A program made the position numbers and the translations under genes. Below are positions 51,402 through 64,000 of a stretch of 64,000 nt of DNA, piece by piece; position 1 is the stretch's first letter; the number at the start of each line of letters is the position of its first letter. The stretch comes from Lingula anatina (lineage: Eukaryota > Animalia > Brachiopoda). The notes under the pieces were generated by a model. That model had not been told where the DNA came from and searched no databases. It was given only the letters and a program-made list of their open reading frames with translations. The DNA is taken from the NCBI GenBank assembly GCA_051362555.1, contig CM120640.1, forward strand, positions 24,228,225-24,292,224, read 5' to 3'.

Positions 51402-54400
51402 TCATGTAACTGGTTTCTTCTTTGCTTGCTGCTGCTGCGCTTTCATCTGCTGATATGCTTTCTGAAGTCTACCTCTAACAATACTTAAATGGTCTTGTAT
51501 ATATTTCTCATTGGGTGCTAATTTGACTGTCTCTACGAGGCACTTCTCTGCTTTTAGTAAATCTCCCTGCTCAACATAAACCACACAGAGGTTGTGGTTG
51601 GCTTGCACATTGGTGGGGTCTGTTTCTAAAATCTTCTTGAAATTCTAGCAAAGAAAAAAGTTTGAAAGAATATTAGCTGCAATGCTACACAAATCAATTG
51701 GGGAAATAAACTTCATTTAAATCCAGAACCATTAACTGACACAGAATACAGAGAGATAAACAAATAACTCTTATTGTTTTTTTTTAATGAGCTTCCATCA
51801 ATTCTTTCTTCTTTTTAAAAGCTACAAGCAGTGACAATATTCAGATCACTGTTCATAAAATAATACACATCCTGTACTATACATAAGATATACAGACCTC
51901 TTCTGCTCCTCTAATGTCTTTGAGATGATTGATGTTGATATCTCCCATTAAGATCAGACCTTTGGTATGGTCAGGGTAGTACTGAAAATAAACAAAAAAC
52001 ATGAAAACAATGGCTAGGTTAATATACAGACATTATTTTTAAAGTAGAAAACAATTGGACAGTATCTTCATTAGAAGATTGTTTCACAATTCAATGCCTA
52101 AAATCATCACTTCTCATTATAGTTATAAAGGGATGAAGACATCATGAAGTGAGACCCAGCACAAGAAACACAATATAATTTACTAAGAAGCAAAGAAAAA
52201 AAAAAGAAAAAAGAAAAAAATTAATATACATTATGATGATATACATAACAAAGCACACTTGAAACAGGGTCTTATTATTATTTTTTTTTTTTCAAATGTT
52301 CAGACCACATATTGCATATTTTTGTTGAACACTACATGATGCTTCAAAACAAATGGCTAAGTCAAGTTTTGCTGTCACATTACATCAACAGATATGTCTG
52401 AAAGCTGTGGATAATGGCTAGGACACAAAGTGGGTACTCTGCAGTTACTGCTGTTTTGACACTAAATGTAGCACCAAAATTTATGATATTATATATTAAG
52501 AAGAAAAATATGGTTTAAACATGTCACACAAGCAACTTTAAAAATTTGGGGTATGTGGTGATCAATAGTGTCACATCATAAACAAAAAAAGACATGAAAA
52601 TAATGAAATATCGTAAGATATTACAAAACTTCTATATTGTAAAATTTTTTAACTTCTGCTTTAAATTTGTCTTTTTTTCAGTTGCTTGTTTCAAACATTA
52701 ACAGAAAAACCATTTAACTTTGAACTTTGCAATTTTTTTAACAATTTTATTTACATGATCTTTTTTTTCCCACCTTAAAATATGAGGGAAATTTGATTAC
52801 TAACCTGGAGAAGTTTCTTCAAATATGGCACTGCATCTAAAGGCCTCTTCACATCATTCGCCAGGAGTAGGGCAAGGTTGAACAAGGCACCACGAAAATT
52901 GTCTTGGAGCTGGAAAAAAAGAACACAACTGTTTATGCCATAAATATTCCAACCATTACAATTTCTTAAACTATGTATTGAAACAGAAGTCCATTCAGTA
53001 TTTTTCCTAAACATTATTGTCATTTTTTGTCACAAACTGGGCTCAAGTTACAGCAAAACTTACAAAGGCTGACAGAAATGTGGGGACATAAGCAGCGGAT
53101 CAAGTTATCTCCCTTCTTTCAAACCATTACCCTTTCCCATGTTAATTTGGTAAAATATACAAGTTTATCTATCTTGCAGTTATTTTAGGATTTTGGCTTC
53201 AACTCAAAAGGATTATCCAGATCTTTTTAGGATCACAATTATTACATCTATTGATACGAATTGTGAAGATAAACGTTTGCTACCTTTTATTTTTATTGTT
53301 GCCAAACAAATGTCACCTGAGCATAACTTCATCTACAGTAAACATTCAATCAATTCACATACTCATTCAATCAAATTCAGTTTTGGCCTAATTAAGACAT
53401 TTCTTTAAGATAAAAACTCACTTAAGTATCATCATTGTGAAATATTATCAAAAAGATTTTTTGCGGTTTAAGAATGGTACCTGCTGGATATGGATAACTG
53501 CAGACTAAGGTATGGCATTATTGTCCCAATAATCTAATTACTGAGTTTACATTCTATACCAAAAAGTTCCGATGCACTCAGCAGATTTTATCAAGACATT
53601 GTAATGTACTCTGTGCACTGTCACAGCTACTTTATGCTGGCAGAAATGCTTCTTTTTTATACACAACCACAGCACCATCTGCTTCCCATGGTTTTTAACT
53701 ACTTGTAAGGGCCATCACTCCTAAAAAAAACCTTGAAAGAAAACTCCAGTTGTTTGGTCAAGTCTATTCAATAAGGAGCACATATCAGTAACATCACAAA
53801 AACAGGGATAAGAGCATGTGATTGTTGCTGCCCCATAGGAGGCGAAAACCAGACAAATGCTGCATGATAATTGGATGGGAGAGGAAAGCAGCTTTTGGGG
53901 CGTGTAGAATAGCATTTTAGAAAGTCCCCAGATAGTTCAGTAAAGAATCAAAAGAAAAAGCATATCAAATTTCCTTATTTACAATCTTAACTTTTTGTAA
54001 CAATTACATCATTTTAATTTTTTTTCTAGACACACAAAGTAGCAAATTAAATGAAAATTAGATGGTGAGCAAGGTTCCCCCTGTAAAGTTGTCTTGGTTT
54101 TCAAACAGACATGATGTCACAGACTTTCCACCAATCGTCTTCAGCAACGGAGAGACTGGGATAACCAACTATTTTGCCTTGAAAGGAAATTAAGTAATAA
54201 ATGAAAGACTATAAATTGCCTGAGGATTATTTTTCTTATTTCCCAAAGTGGAGGTGCAGTCAAAATAACCTGCACATGTAGCAACAGTTTGAGTTTGCAA
54301 GGCGAGGTGTTAGCATGATGTCTTCAGGTTTTCCAGTGTCATTCCAAGGTGTGCTCATTTGTTTGAGCATCTGTTCCATATGCCGATCTCAACCCACCGT

Positions 54401-57400
54401 CAACTCACCTGCATTCTTGGAGACATGCTCACAAACTTGTCCTTTTCAAGACGAAATTGATCAATCTTTCCAGGCATTCAACACCAGGCTTCAGAAAAAT
54501 GAAAATTTGTTCCAGAGAAAGGGAGAGGAAATTCAAGATGACATAATAAGTCTCAAGGGAAATTTTACCAATGCAGCAAAAAATTGGCATAATGAAAAAC
54601 AGCAAACGGAAACACAAATAGCAGCAATTGAGAAAAATCTGGCAAACTTGAGTGCTATCGTTGAACTTCACAGTGAATCTATGGAACACATGCAGCATAT
54701 GGAAGGTGATATAATGAAAAATGTAACAATCAGTGTGGCAAATATCGACCATATGAATGGCACTGTGGGACAGTTACTAAGAGCGATGCACTCAAGCGAG
54801 CACAACTATCACCAGCACAATGTATCACTGAGCAAAATATTCCAGGCACTACGAGGAGCTGAAAGTGATCTCCAAGCACTGTCCCATGGCCTCAGAGATG
54901 TGAGCCAAGAGCAATTAAGTTTAGAGAACAAGGCTCAGATTATCAACACAACTTGTTCTGCAGAGCTAGGGGTATTAGATATGGGGCTAACTGAGGTGAA
55001 CCATTCCCTGATCACAATACAAGAACGCTTGCAAGCAACAATTAACACTTTAGAGAATATCAGTTCTAACTGGACTCTTCTAAAACAGCAAATTGAGCAA
55101 CTGGAGGAAACGCTGAACCAGCAAAAGCAAGAGAATCTCAATATGGCCCAAGAACTTTCCACTGCGAAAGTTCACCAAATTACATTGCAAGCTACTACGG
55201 CAAAACTCAAAAACAGCTCTGACCATCAAAATTCCACATTACAGCTGATCAAAGAAAAAGTGTCCTCTCTACAAAGAAATATTGTCAATATCTCAATTAA
55301 ACAAAAGGAAAGCTACGACAACCTGTGGGTATCACTGAATAATTCACTTATGAATTTAAATACTTCCCTTCAAGACACCAATACTAATTTACAGAAAGCT
55401 GAAGACAGCATTGCTGAACATTCAGCAACCCTTAACACCACCAAGTCTGAGCAAGCTAGATTATCCTCAATTGTCATTCGACAGCAAGACAAACTTCTAC
55501 AGATGCAACTTATGTCCAGTGAAATCCAATCAAACATGAGTCTCCTTCAGCAAACTCATCACGAAGAAAACACACAAATACAATCAGATTTACTCACTGT
55601 GAACAGAAGAATTGACAAACTTCTCACAATGAACAATGATACAAGGAACCACACTGAAACTATCAACCAGACAGTAGCTGGCAATTTACAAAAGCCAGGA
55701 AACCAGCAGCTGAGCTCAGAGTTAGAGGAGGTCCGTAGTGTCACTTGTCTCCTGACACTGCTGATATCCGAGGGGGCGACACTGACACCCTATCAAAGTG
55801 TGCTCGGCTACTTGAAGACTATAGCCAATGACTCCAACTGTAACCCTTTCTTGTGCAACTTTGGAAATACAAACTTAGACTTGAAACTTCAGTTAAAGTT
55901 TTGTGGATTTCCAACGAGGTAAGAAGTACACACAAAAAATTTGTTTTGTTAAATATTATACTTTATAACACAACTATATAGCATTCTTCTTAAACACAGT
56001 CATTTCTGATTTTCAGACTTATAGACATAATTCCAAAAGAACGGACCAAACTTTGTTGAAGCATAAAACATTTTGCCCTGTACTCACTACCCTAAAACCT
56101 AGAAATATCATTTTCTCCAGCCACTGTTATTTTTTGGCAACAAAGATAATGATATCTCAACAAGCGAAGCTGTGAGCAAACAGCAGAAAATACCACTTGG
56201 TGTCTAATTTTACAGTTTCTGTGAAAACTACCTATTAGCACTCTGCAGCAAGGCTACGCACTGCAGGCAATACAGGGCTACAAGTTACTCATTAGAAACA
56301 AGAACAACTGCCGTCCACTTATCTTCTGAACAGAGAAACGCTACAAAATTTATTGAAATTCAAATTGAAATAGCGATAAAATATCTTAGCTTTAATTCTT
56401 TTATTTAAAAAAAATGATTCACAATTAATTTGTTTTCTATTTGAAATTCACATTTCTCATTAGTGTTTATTTTAATCTGTTAATTTGCTTTTTAAGTTGC
56501 TCCATTGACTGTCAGGTAGGCCCAGTGACAAAGTATTTTGGTTCATTGAGGTTTCCTTTCACTTCTTACAATATTACTGACTTTAACCACCTGGCCAAAA
56601 ACCTAGTTGGTGCCAACTGAAAAAGGAAATGGCCTGTCACAGTCAATGAAATAAGAGATACCCGTTTTTTTTATTCTATAAATCAAATGCCTGTAGTTCA
56701 GCCGAACAGCCAAAATCATAAGTCCAGTCAAATTGACAAGACGAAAAATACCTAATTCAACAAACAATTCAGGTTTGATACCATATAATTGTGGTAGCAT
56801 TGTCCAGACAAACATTAAACCTAAATGAAGCTATAAATTTGATCTACAGGCCCTACTCTGTTCTCTACTCTTCTTTTTGTCCACCAGGTGTCAGCCCACG
56901 GCCCTTGGAATGCAAAATGGAGCTATCCCAGATGAGAATCTAATTGGCAGCAGCGTTTTCAGTAATTTTTTTGTTCCCAAAAATGGCCGGCTGAACAATA
57001 CATATGGCTGGTACACGGAAAAACTGTCCCTAGCAGGCTGGACACAGGGGTCACAGTGGTTTCAGGTCATCTTAGGTGACCTCTACTTGGTCAGTGCTGT
57101 GGCCACACAGGTTAGTCAGGTCTCGGCAGAACAGCAGTTAAATACTTGAAAGTATCCTATTGGGGATTTTTCTGAAGAAAAAGGCATTTTTTTCTTTCTT
57201 ACAAATCACTGTTTGGCCCATCTCTACACTTGGATTCAATGTTTAATGCCATTTCTAATCAAATAGTTATGTTCTAAATGTCTGGTCAGACTGCCAGGTC
57301 CTTTTGTATTTCTCAGTAGGAAATACCAACAACATGTACAATTATTTGAGGGGTTTATCATTTTTTTAGGTCTAAATTGGGAAAGATAAGTAGTTTTGGT

Positions 57401-60400
57401 GAAAATGTAAGCATAAGAAAATATAACTTTGAACATTTTCAAATGGAGATAGTATACCTTTAAATATAATTGACTTAAAATTTTGAGTTCTTTACAGATC
57501 TTTTAAATATCAAGGAAGTAAGATATATGATCAAGAAAAGAATCCAAAATGCCCTTGTTTAGTGCCTTACCTTTTTTTTTTTTTTTTTTTTTTGGGGGGG
57601 GGGGGGTAAAACTATCAGAAAATAAAGAATTTTATCTTTACAGGAATATTGAAATTTCACTGGACAAGACAAGAAAGTAAAATCCTCTATTTTAAACCCA
57701 ATTTTCCTTGCAAACTTACTTAATTTCCCAATTGTTTTTAACTATTACTCTCCAGGGAGGGCCATATGGATCCTGGGTGACAGAGTACACATTAGACTAC
57801 TCTCTGGATGGCTATCAGTGGACCACCTATGCCCCTGGTGGGATCATAAGAGTAAGTGTATTCCTGACAAGTAACCATGCATAAATCAAAACTTAGGTTT
57901 TCTTCCTCAAGGACAACAGATTTTTTTACTAAATATTCACAAATATGTCTCTGCTTAAATTCACAGATATTTTCTGTACTGTGACCTTGTAATGAAATCT
58001 CAAGGATGATTACATGGCTGGTAATTATTTGCATAACTACTCAGGCACTGCCACTTAACAAGTCCCTGCCAAGTCCCCCTGACAGCAATCAAGACAGTTA
58101 ATTGTTCTTCTGTGACAACAAAACCAGCCCCTGATGAATAGCTTGTTTCTTCAGCATGTTTCTTCACACTACACGACTGGTTTCAGCAGACAGACAAGAC
58201 AAGACAAGACATGTTGCGTAACGAGCGCTAATAACATCTGCATGAAGCCCACCTCTAACTGAACTCCTGTGGAGCGTGTACAATGTCACCTGCACGCGTG
58301 CAGATTTAATTGCTTCCATCTGACCAAAAGTCACAGGGTGGCCTCCGAGAAAATGTTTATATAATAATAACTGTGGCCCTGGTAAAGGGTTATAATATTC
58401 ATCAGAGTTGAACAAAGTATTCCTAGTTGCAGGCAAATCTTGACATTTTATTTCGTATATAAAGACAATAAGTATACTCAAAATAACATGCAGAAAGATA
58501 CCACATATCTTGGCTGTCTTCTTCTTCCCAAATCTGCCTGTAAAATATGCCACAGGTAATTAGAATTTAAGATGCTCACTGAAAATCTCTCGCATATGCT
58601 GTCTTTTGAATTCAGATTTCCATGTCACTTTTCATCTTTCAGTTATTCAGTGGCAACTTTGATAAAAATACCATACAAACCAATGACATCGATCCTCCCA
58701 TCAGAGCGCGCCACCTGAGACTATCTGTCCAGAATTTCTCTGGTGCATATATTGCACTGAGAATGGAGCTTTATGGCTGTCAAGTTTAAATGTAAGTTTA
58801 AATGTTACATCTGACCATCAAACCATATGGTGATCTACAGACACAACAAGTCCACCATTATAATGCCACAAAACAGTATGAAACTGAAGTAAATTGGGAA
58901 AAAAGCGAGATGCATTTTAAAATGAATTTGGTAAAATGATGACATATCATTAAGTGAGAAAGTGCCTGCAGCAGATGTGCCTAGGATAAAGCATGAGAGT
59001 AATTTAATTTTTTGTTTATAGGGAGAAATCTAGTTGAGATTTTGATGGTAGTTGAGATTCTGGACTAGAAAATGCATTTTGTAATGTGTAGGATGCGAAA
59101 AGTCAAAATCAAAATTTAACGTTGTTATTTTTTAGTCTTGGATTTCTAATTTGCAGAGGCATGGCTTTTGTTCCCTTTTTTGTAAGATTATGTTGAGAGA
59201 AATAGACAACATAAAGCAATTTTGTGAATCATCAAAAAAAAAAAAAAAAAAAAGAAAAGAAAAACATTTATCACTGTTTTGCATTATGGAAGTATAGTGT
59301 TTTTATAAGGTTCATTTTACATGTTTTTCAGATTCATGGAACCATCAAGTTGAAAGACAAACACAAGTTTATCCTTTATCACATATTCCTCTGGGTAGGA
59401 AACATGCCATAGGCTTCTGAAATACTTCTCATCAAAGTCTATCTGCAATGAAATATTGGTAATTCCAACATTTACCAAACAAAAGTTATTTTAGTCATTT
59501 TAAATGGCAGAAATACCAGGCAGCAAGACTGTCATCATCAAAAATGTTCTATTTTTGTACACATCCTTTCACAACACTTCCACACAGAGAATTTGAAGCC
59601 CCCGGGATGTAATCATCCAAGTATGGCAACTTGTGGTCGTGTGTGCAGGACCAGATTTTTTATGGTTACAATCTGAAATGGCCTTCAGTTTTTGTTAACT
59701 CAAGCCTGGTGGGAAGGCAAAGCATAACAGCTGCAGGTCAACATCTTTGCTAAAGGTCAAAAGGCTCACTTCTTATGCTATATAATGAATATATTGTGCA
59801 GTTGTGCAGTTTTCTTTTTTTTTTTCAAACTCTTGGGTTACACACTACTTCGCTGTGCTGTGATCTTTTTTCCCCTTGACCCTTTTATCTGCATAGCTTA
59901 CCTCAATGGCTCTCTTGAACCAGGTTTCTGCTTTCTCAAACTCCCCATCATCTGTTGCCAGCATCCCCAGGTTAAAGTACATTTTCTCATTGTCTGGCTC
60001 AATCTCCATCAATTTAAATAACCTGCAAAGAATTATATTATAATATCTTCAGTGAATATTACTTAATCAGAAGAACTGTAAAAGTAATATTTTGTAAAAG
60101 CTTTTCCTAAAAATACATAAAAATAAACATTAACCATTGTCTAAAAAAATTAACTGTTACCTTTTGTAAGCTTCGGGGCGTAGTTTTGGATCTCCAGATT
60201 CTTGCATAAGCACAGCTGAATTATACAGGGTTTGCTGAAATCACAAAAAAAGTAAAGTATACAGTTCATCCAGAGTAAATTGATAAAATACCACTGATTT
60301 TTGGTACTAGACAGACTATACTACTCGACAAATAGTTTAAACTATCAAAAAGAGGTGCATTTTGTTTTCCCCTCACCTTGTGCTTAGGATTTATATCCAG

Positions 60401-63400
60401 AGCTTTGTTAAAATACCGCATGGATTCCTTATGTCTGCTTTGCTCAAGGCACACAACTCCAAGCTAAAGAAATAGTCAGTACACTTATTTGTATTTATAA
60501 TAATAATATCAAGAAAGAATTTTAAAAGTTAATATGGGCTACATATCCAACTTATCAGTAATCAGTAATTAGTTTCAGATTTTGGAAATTGGTGACTACA
60601 TCTAGGAAGTAGACTTTGCAGAATGATTTAAGTATCATTTTCCCCCAATAATCTTTATACATATATTTGATACGGCATAAATATTCATATATTTTGCTCA
60701 CTTAATTCCATCGTAAAAAGGTAACTTACATTATAATAAATGTCTGCATTGGTACTGTCATACTTTAATGCTGTAAGATACTGGTTCTCTGCCTCCTTTG
60801 TTCTGGAATTAAAAATAAAGTTATATTCAGATTTTTTTCGCCTTTTTTGTTTCTAAAACATAATAGGATAAATGTACCTTTGAAAAACCTGTATTGATCC
60901 TAAAATTAAAAACTTGACAGTCAAGATGGCACATCAGAAACAGACATTAAATAAAGAAGATTAAATTCAGGTTAGATGGATGGTGAAAGAGTTCCACTAG
61001 ATAACCACAAATACAAGTTATTTCCATCTAAATGCAAAATGAATGAAAATAGACATTTTCACCTTAACAAGTTTGACCTGTCTAAATTTATTCACCTTGG
61101 CTTTTATTCATGCACAAAATTTCACTAAACGCTTAATATCAATATTCTCTTTTTTCGCTTATCATTTTAAGCTACTTAATTACAACAAAACATATAGTCG
61201 TATGAACCTGTAGTAATTATATCAGGATGTCACCCACCCCGAGTTTCAGAGGCCAATGGGAATAAATTGAGCATACTGATAACATAAACATACTGGGAAT
61301 GGTAGAGGAATGCTGATAATAAAGGCAAGATCTATTGAAACTCAGGGTGGATATAGCCTGACTTTTGAAACTTGTTGTTCCTAGCCTGTACCTGTTTAGT
61401 CTTAACAAGATGTCTCCCCTGTTAATGTAGCCCTGTGTGTAGTCAGACCTCATACTAAGTGCAGTTCTGTACAGCTGAAATACAATATAGAATATATTAT
61501 ACTATAGAATATAGAATATATTATACTATAGAATATACAACACTTTAGAATATAGAATATATTATACTATAGAATATAGAATATATTACACTATATCATA
61601 TAGTGCAGAAGTAGGCAAAGAATACAGTAACTTTTGTTACCCCTTCTAAAACAGCATCTGAGATCAAATGATACCAATTGCATGTGAATATTAATTTTGA
61701 TCTAAAATTGTGTTGTTTGGGTATTTCAGACTTAAGAACACAGCTGTGATGTTCAGAAAGTATGAAAAAGTGTCTGTGGCACCAGGAGAATTCCTTAAAT
61801 ATTTTTTCCACTTCAAAAATCTCTGCCAAGGTCTCTTAAAATGCATCAATAAACAAGTAAAGATAAACCAGACAGGTTTCTATAACTGGAGTATTCTGGT
61901 TCTCAGCTGTGCCATAAGAAAAAAATCATCATAAACCTCCCTCACAGTATGCATTAGAGTAGAGCAAAAGATATTTGTCACCTTGCACTTAAACTAAACT
62001 AATAAGTCAAGGTCACGGTTGATCTACGGAGGTCCCCTGGAGACAAGAGGTCATGTAGGTTTTCACTTCCCGTAGCCTGTGAGAACCGGCACAAAGAGTG
62101 GGTGTTTACAAAAAAGCATCTTAAAATAGATTTTATTTAACCTTGAAAGCAAAAGGCACTACTGAATTTGAGATACATCAGCATTATATAACAAATAAAA
62201 ATCTCTTTTCCTTTATTTCTTTTTTCTTTTGAATTATAATAAAAAAAATCTCTGGGGTAGAAATCCAAACAGAATTCAATTTCATTAAACTGACTGATGT
62301 ACAAAATACCAAGTTAATTAAAAAACTTACAGCATCTGCTTCCAGGAGCCGTGACTCATTTTGTGAGATGAGATTGGCAAGATTAAGGAAGGCGTTCAAG
62401 TGGTTGGGGGCTATGCGAGCAGTGTAACTCTGGCCTAAAACAACAACAGGATCGCAATACAGAACATGTTAAGTGGAACATGGAAAGTTTTATAAACAAC
62501 CATTATCGCAAAACATGATAGTATGCAAAAGTCTAGACTCCATATTATGTAATTTCAACAGCTTCTTGTCTGAGGGGGTTAAAATGACATTATGCAACAA
62601 TAAATGCATTATCAAAGACCCCTAAAACACTTTCAAATAAATATTTCAGTTTGCATTGGTCAAAAGTGACTTTTCAGAATAAACAAACAGAGTATAAAAT
62701 GTTGCAGACACCCCCTGACAACGTGTATCACATGCAGCCACAAAAAACAAGCCTTTATTTATAGTATTCTTATATTTCTTTGTACATTTTAAGCTAATCA
62801 TTATCCCCCCCCCCCAAAAAAAAAAAAAAAAACATACCAGCTTTAGGTGAAGGCATAAGTCTAAGAGCTCTTCTGAAAGCTGCTTCTGCTTCGTCTAATC
62901 TCTTTAAAGTATTATATGTTCTTCCTACGTTGATGTGTGCACCCATGTCATCTGGCTGAACACTGGAACATAATATTAATGGAGCACTTGACTGGTACTT
63001 TGAAACGGATAAAATAGACATGGACAAAATCAAAAATGTGTCATAACTACATAATAAACTGGTCTGGGTAATATTTCAATGAGATCAAAATTAAACTGTG
63101 AGATGAGAAGGGCATTGTTTTAACTTAAAGACTAAGGGGTTAATTTGTCAACCCTTTGGAATATCTTTTATGTAGATAGCGTATCAAAATTATACAAAGT
63201 TGTATAATTTGTCCAAATTTGGGGAAATATTTACCTTGCTGCCTTCAAAAAGTAACCGAGTGCATCTTCATACTTCTCTTCTGCTTCCAATGCATGGCCT
63301 ACATTATTGTACAGTTTGGCATTATTTTGGTTTACCCTCAATGCTGCTTTAAATAGAGTATATTCAGATTCCCTGAAAGACCAAACATATAGACACTCTG

Positions 63401-64000
63401 TACCATTTAGTTTACTGTCAAGCACTGAACAAATACTATTCAAATTCAAACCAAACTGTATCTAAATCAGTCCACATTTTTTTCTGTAACAGAGAGGGGC
63501 GAATTTGAACTTTGATAATAATCCCAAATTAAAATGCTGTCTTACCAGTCATTATTCCTGATATATGTTCTCAAGCCATGTGTCACCAACAGCATGGCCA
63601 TAGCTGCCCAGAGTAAGCTCTTCACATTGCTGAAATGGAGCCATTCAACTTATCAACAATCCAGTATGGAACAACAATACAACCTTTAATTAAATGTCAT
63701 TAACTGATAATTATCAAATTTTTTACATGACTTTACATAACTTTTTATTGGGGACATGGTTAGAAAAACCATCCAACTGTTTACATGTGTCACACCAATT
63801 TTACAAGCTATCTATCTAAAATATAGTTAGCCTAATACACAGTTTAAAAATACCTACACTTTTGTCAATATAATGTCAAATCCTAAGGCTGTCAGCATGC
63901 AAAAGCCCATGCTTGGAGCGTAGAGTATTCTCTCAGCAACAACAAATCCCACAGGGAAAAACAAGTTGGAGGCAGGAATAAATGGGAGCACCAAAAAGGC
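51402..64000 (-). CDS. TMTC3: Protein O-mannosyltransferase TMTC3, 3' part (last TM segments and TPR repeats); 5' part lies beyond the right edge
   Basis: Exons (minus) 64000-63858 (partial), 63629-63546, 63372-63235, 62962-62838, 62434-62331, 61474-61392, 60802-60730, 60463-60377, 60234-60161, 60022-59902, 52909-52805, 51981-51898, 51644-51402; phase-consistent. [75 protein letters not shown] and [12 protein letters not shown] match TMTC3. Confidence 0.96.
54315..58789 (+). CDS. Secreted coiled-coil plus F5/8 type C (discoidin) domain protein, ~689 aa, nested antisense in a TMTC3 intron
   Basis: Exons 54315-55918, 56888-57110, 57756-57851, 58643-58789 (2070 nt, phase-consistent). Hydrophobic signal-peptide-like N-terminus and ~400 aa Gln/Asn/Leu heptad-rich region. 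Discoidin motifs [77 protein letters not shown] and [10 protein letters not shown]. Confidence 0.92.
61484..61594. repeat. AT-rich minisatellite (AATATAG / AATATATTATACTATAG units)
   Basis: Repeated units visible immediately on the intron side of the TMTC3 acceptor at 61475. Confidence 0.85.

Noticed and set aside
58164-58553. 129-aa minus ORF inside the TMTC3 intron
   Set aside because: No ATG start, no recognisable domain, and TMTC3 splices in frame 59902 to 52909 without missing conserved sequence.

Overview
AT-rich, intron-rich animal genomic DNA, probably from an invertebrate (a mollusc-like lophotrochozoan is a guess). It is not prokaryotic, so most ORFs in the supplied track are spurious or single-exon fragments. 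I built spliced gene models by hand using GT-AG sites and phase checks. In order: the first coding exon of a myosin phosphatase targeting subunit (PPP1R12/MYPT, minus), whose ATG lies only 78 bp from the ATG of a complete MRPS35 (plus, 9 exons); an uncharacterised ~800-aa gene A (plus) with RPxS/T-A repeats, a degenerate EF-hand C-terminus and an apparent alternative 370-codon first exon; complete YJU2/CCDC94 (minus, 7 exons); an uncharacterised ~650-aa EF-hand gene B (plus); and the 3' part of TMTC3 (minus). A 7-kb TMTC3 intron hosts an antisense nested gene for a secreted glycosylated coiled-coil plus F5/8 type C (discoidin) protein. There are also MITE-like elements, apparently exact tandem duplications and a long palindrome. 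The best leads are the nested coiled-coil/discoidin gene, a cryptic shared domain between genes A and B, the dual N-termini of gene A and the very compact bidirectional promoter. No database searches were run, so novelty is unverified.
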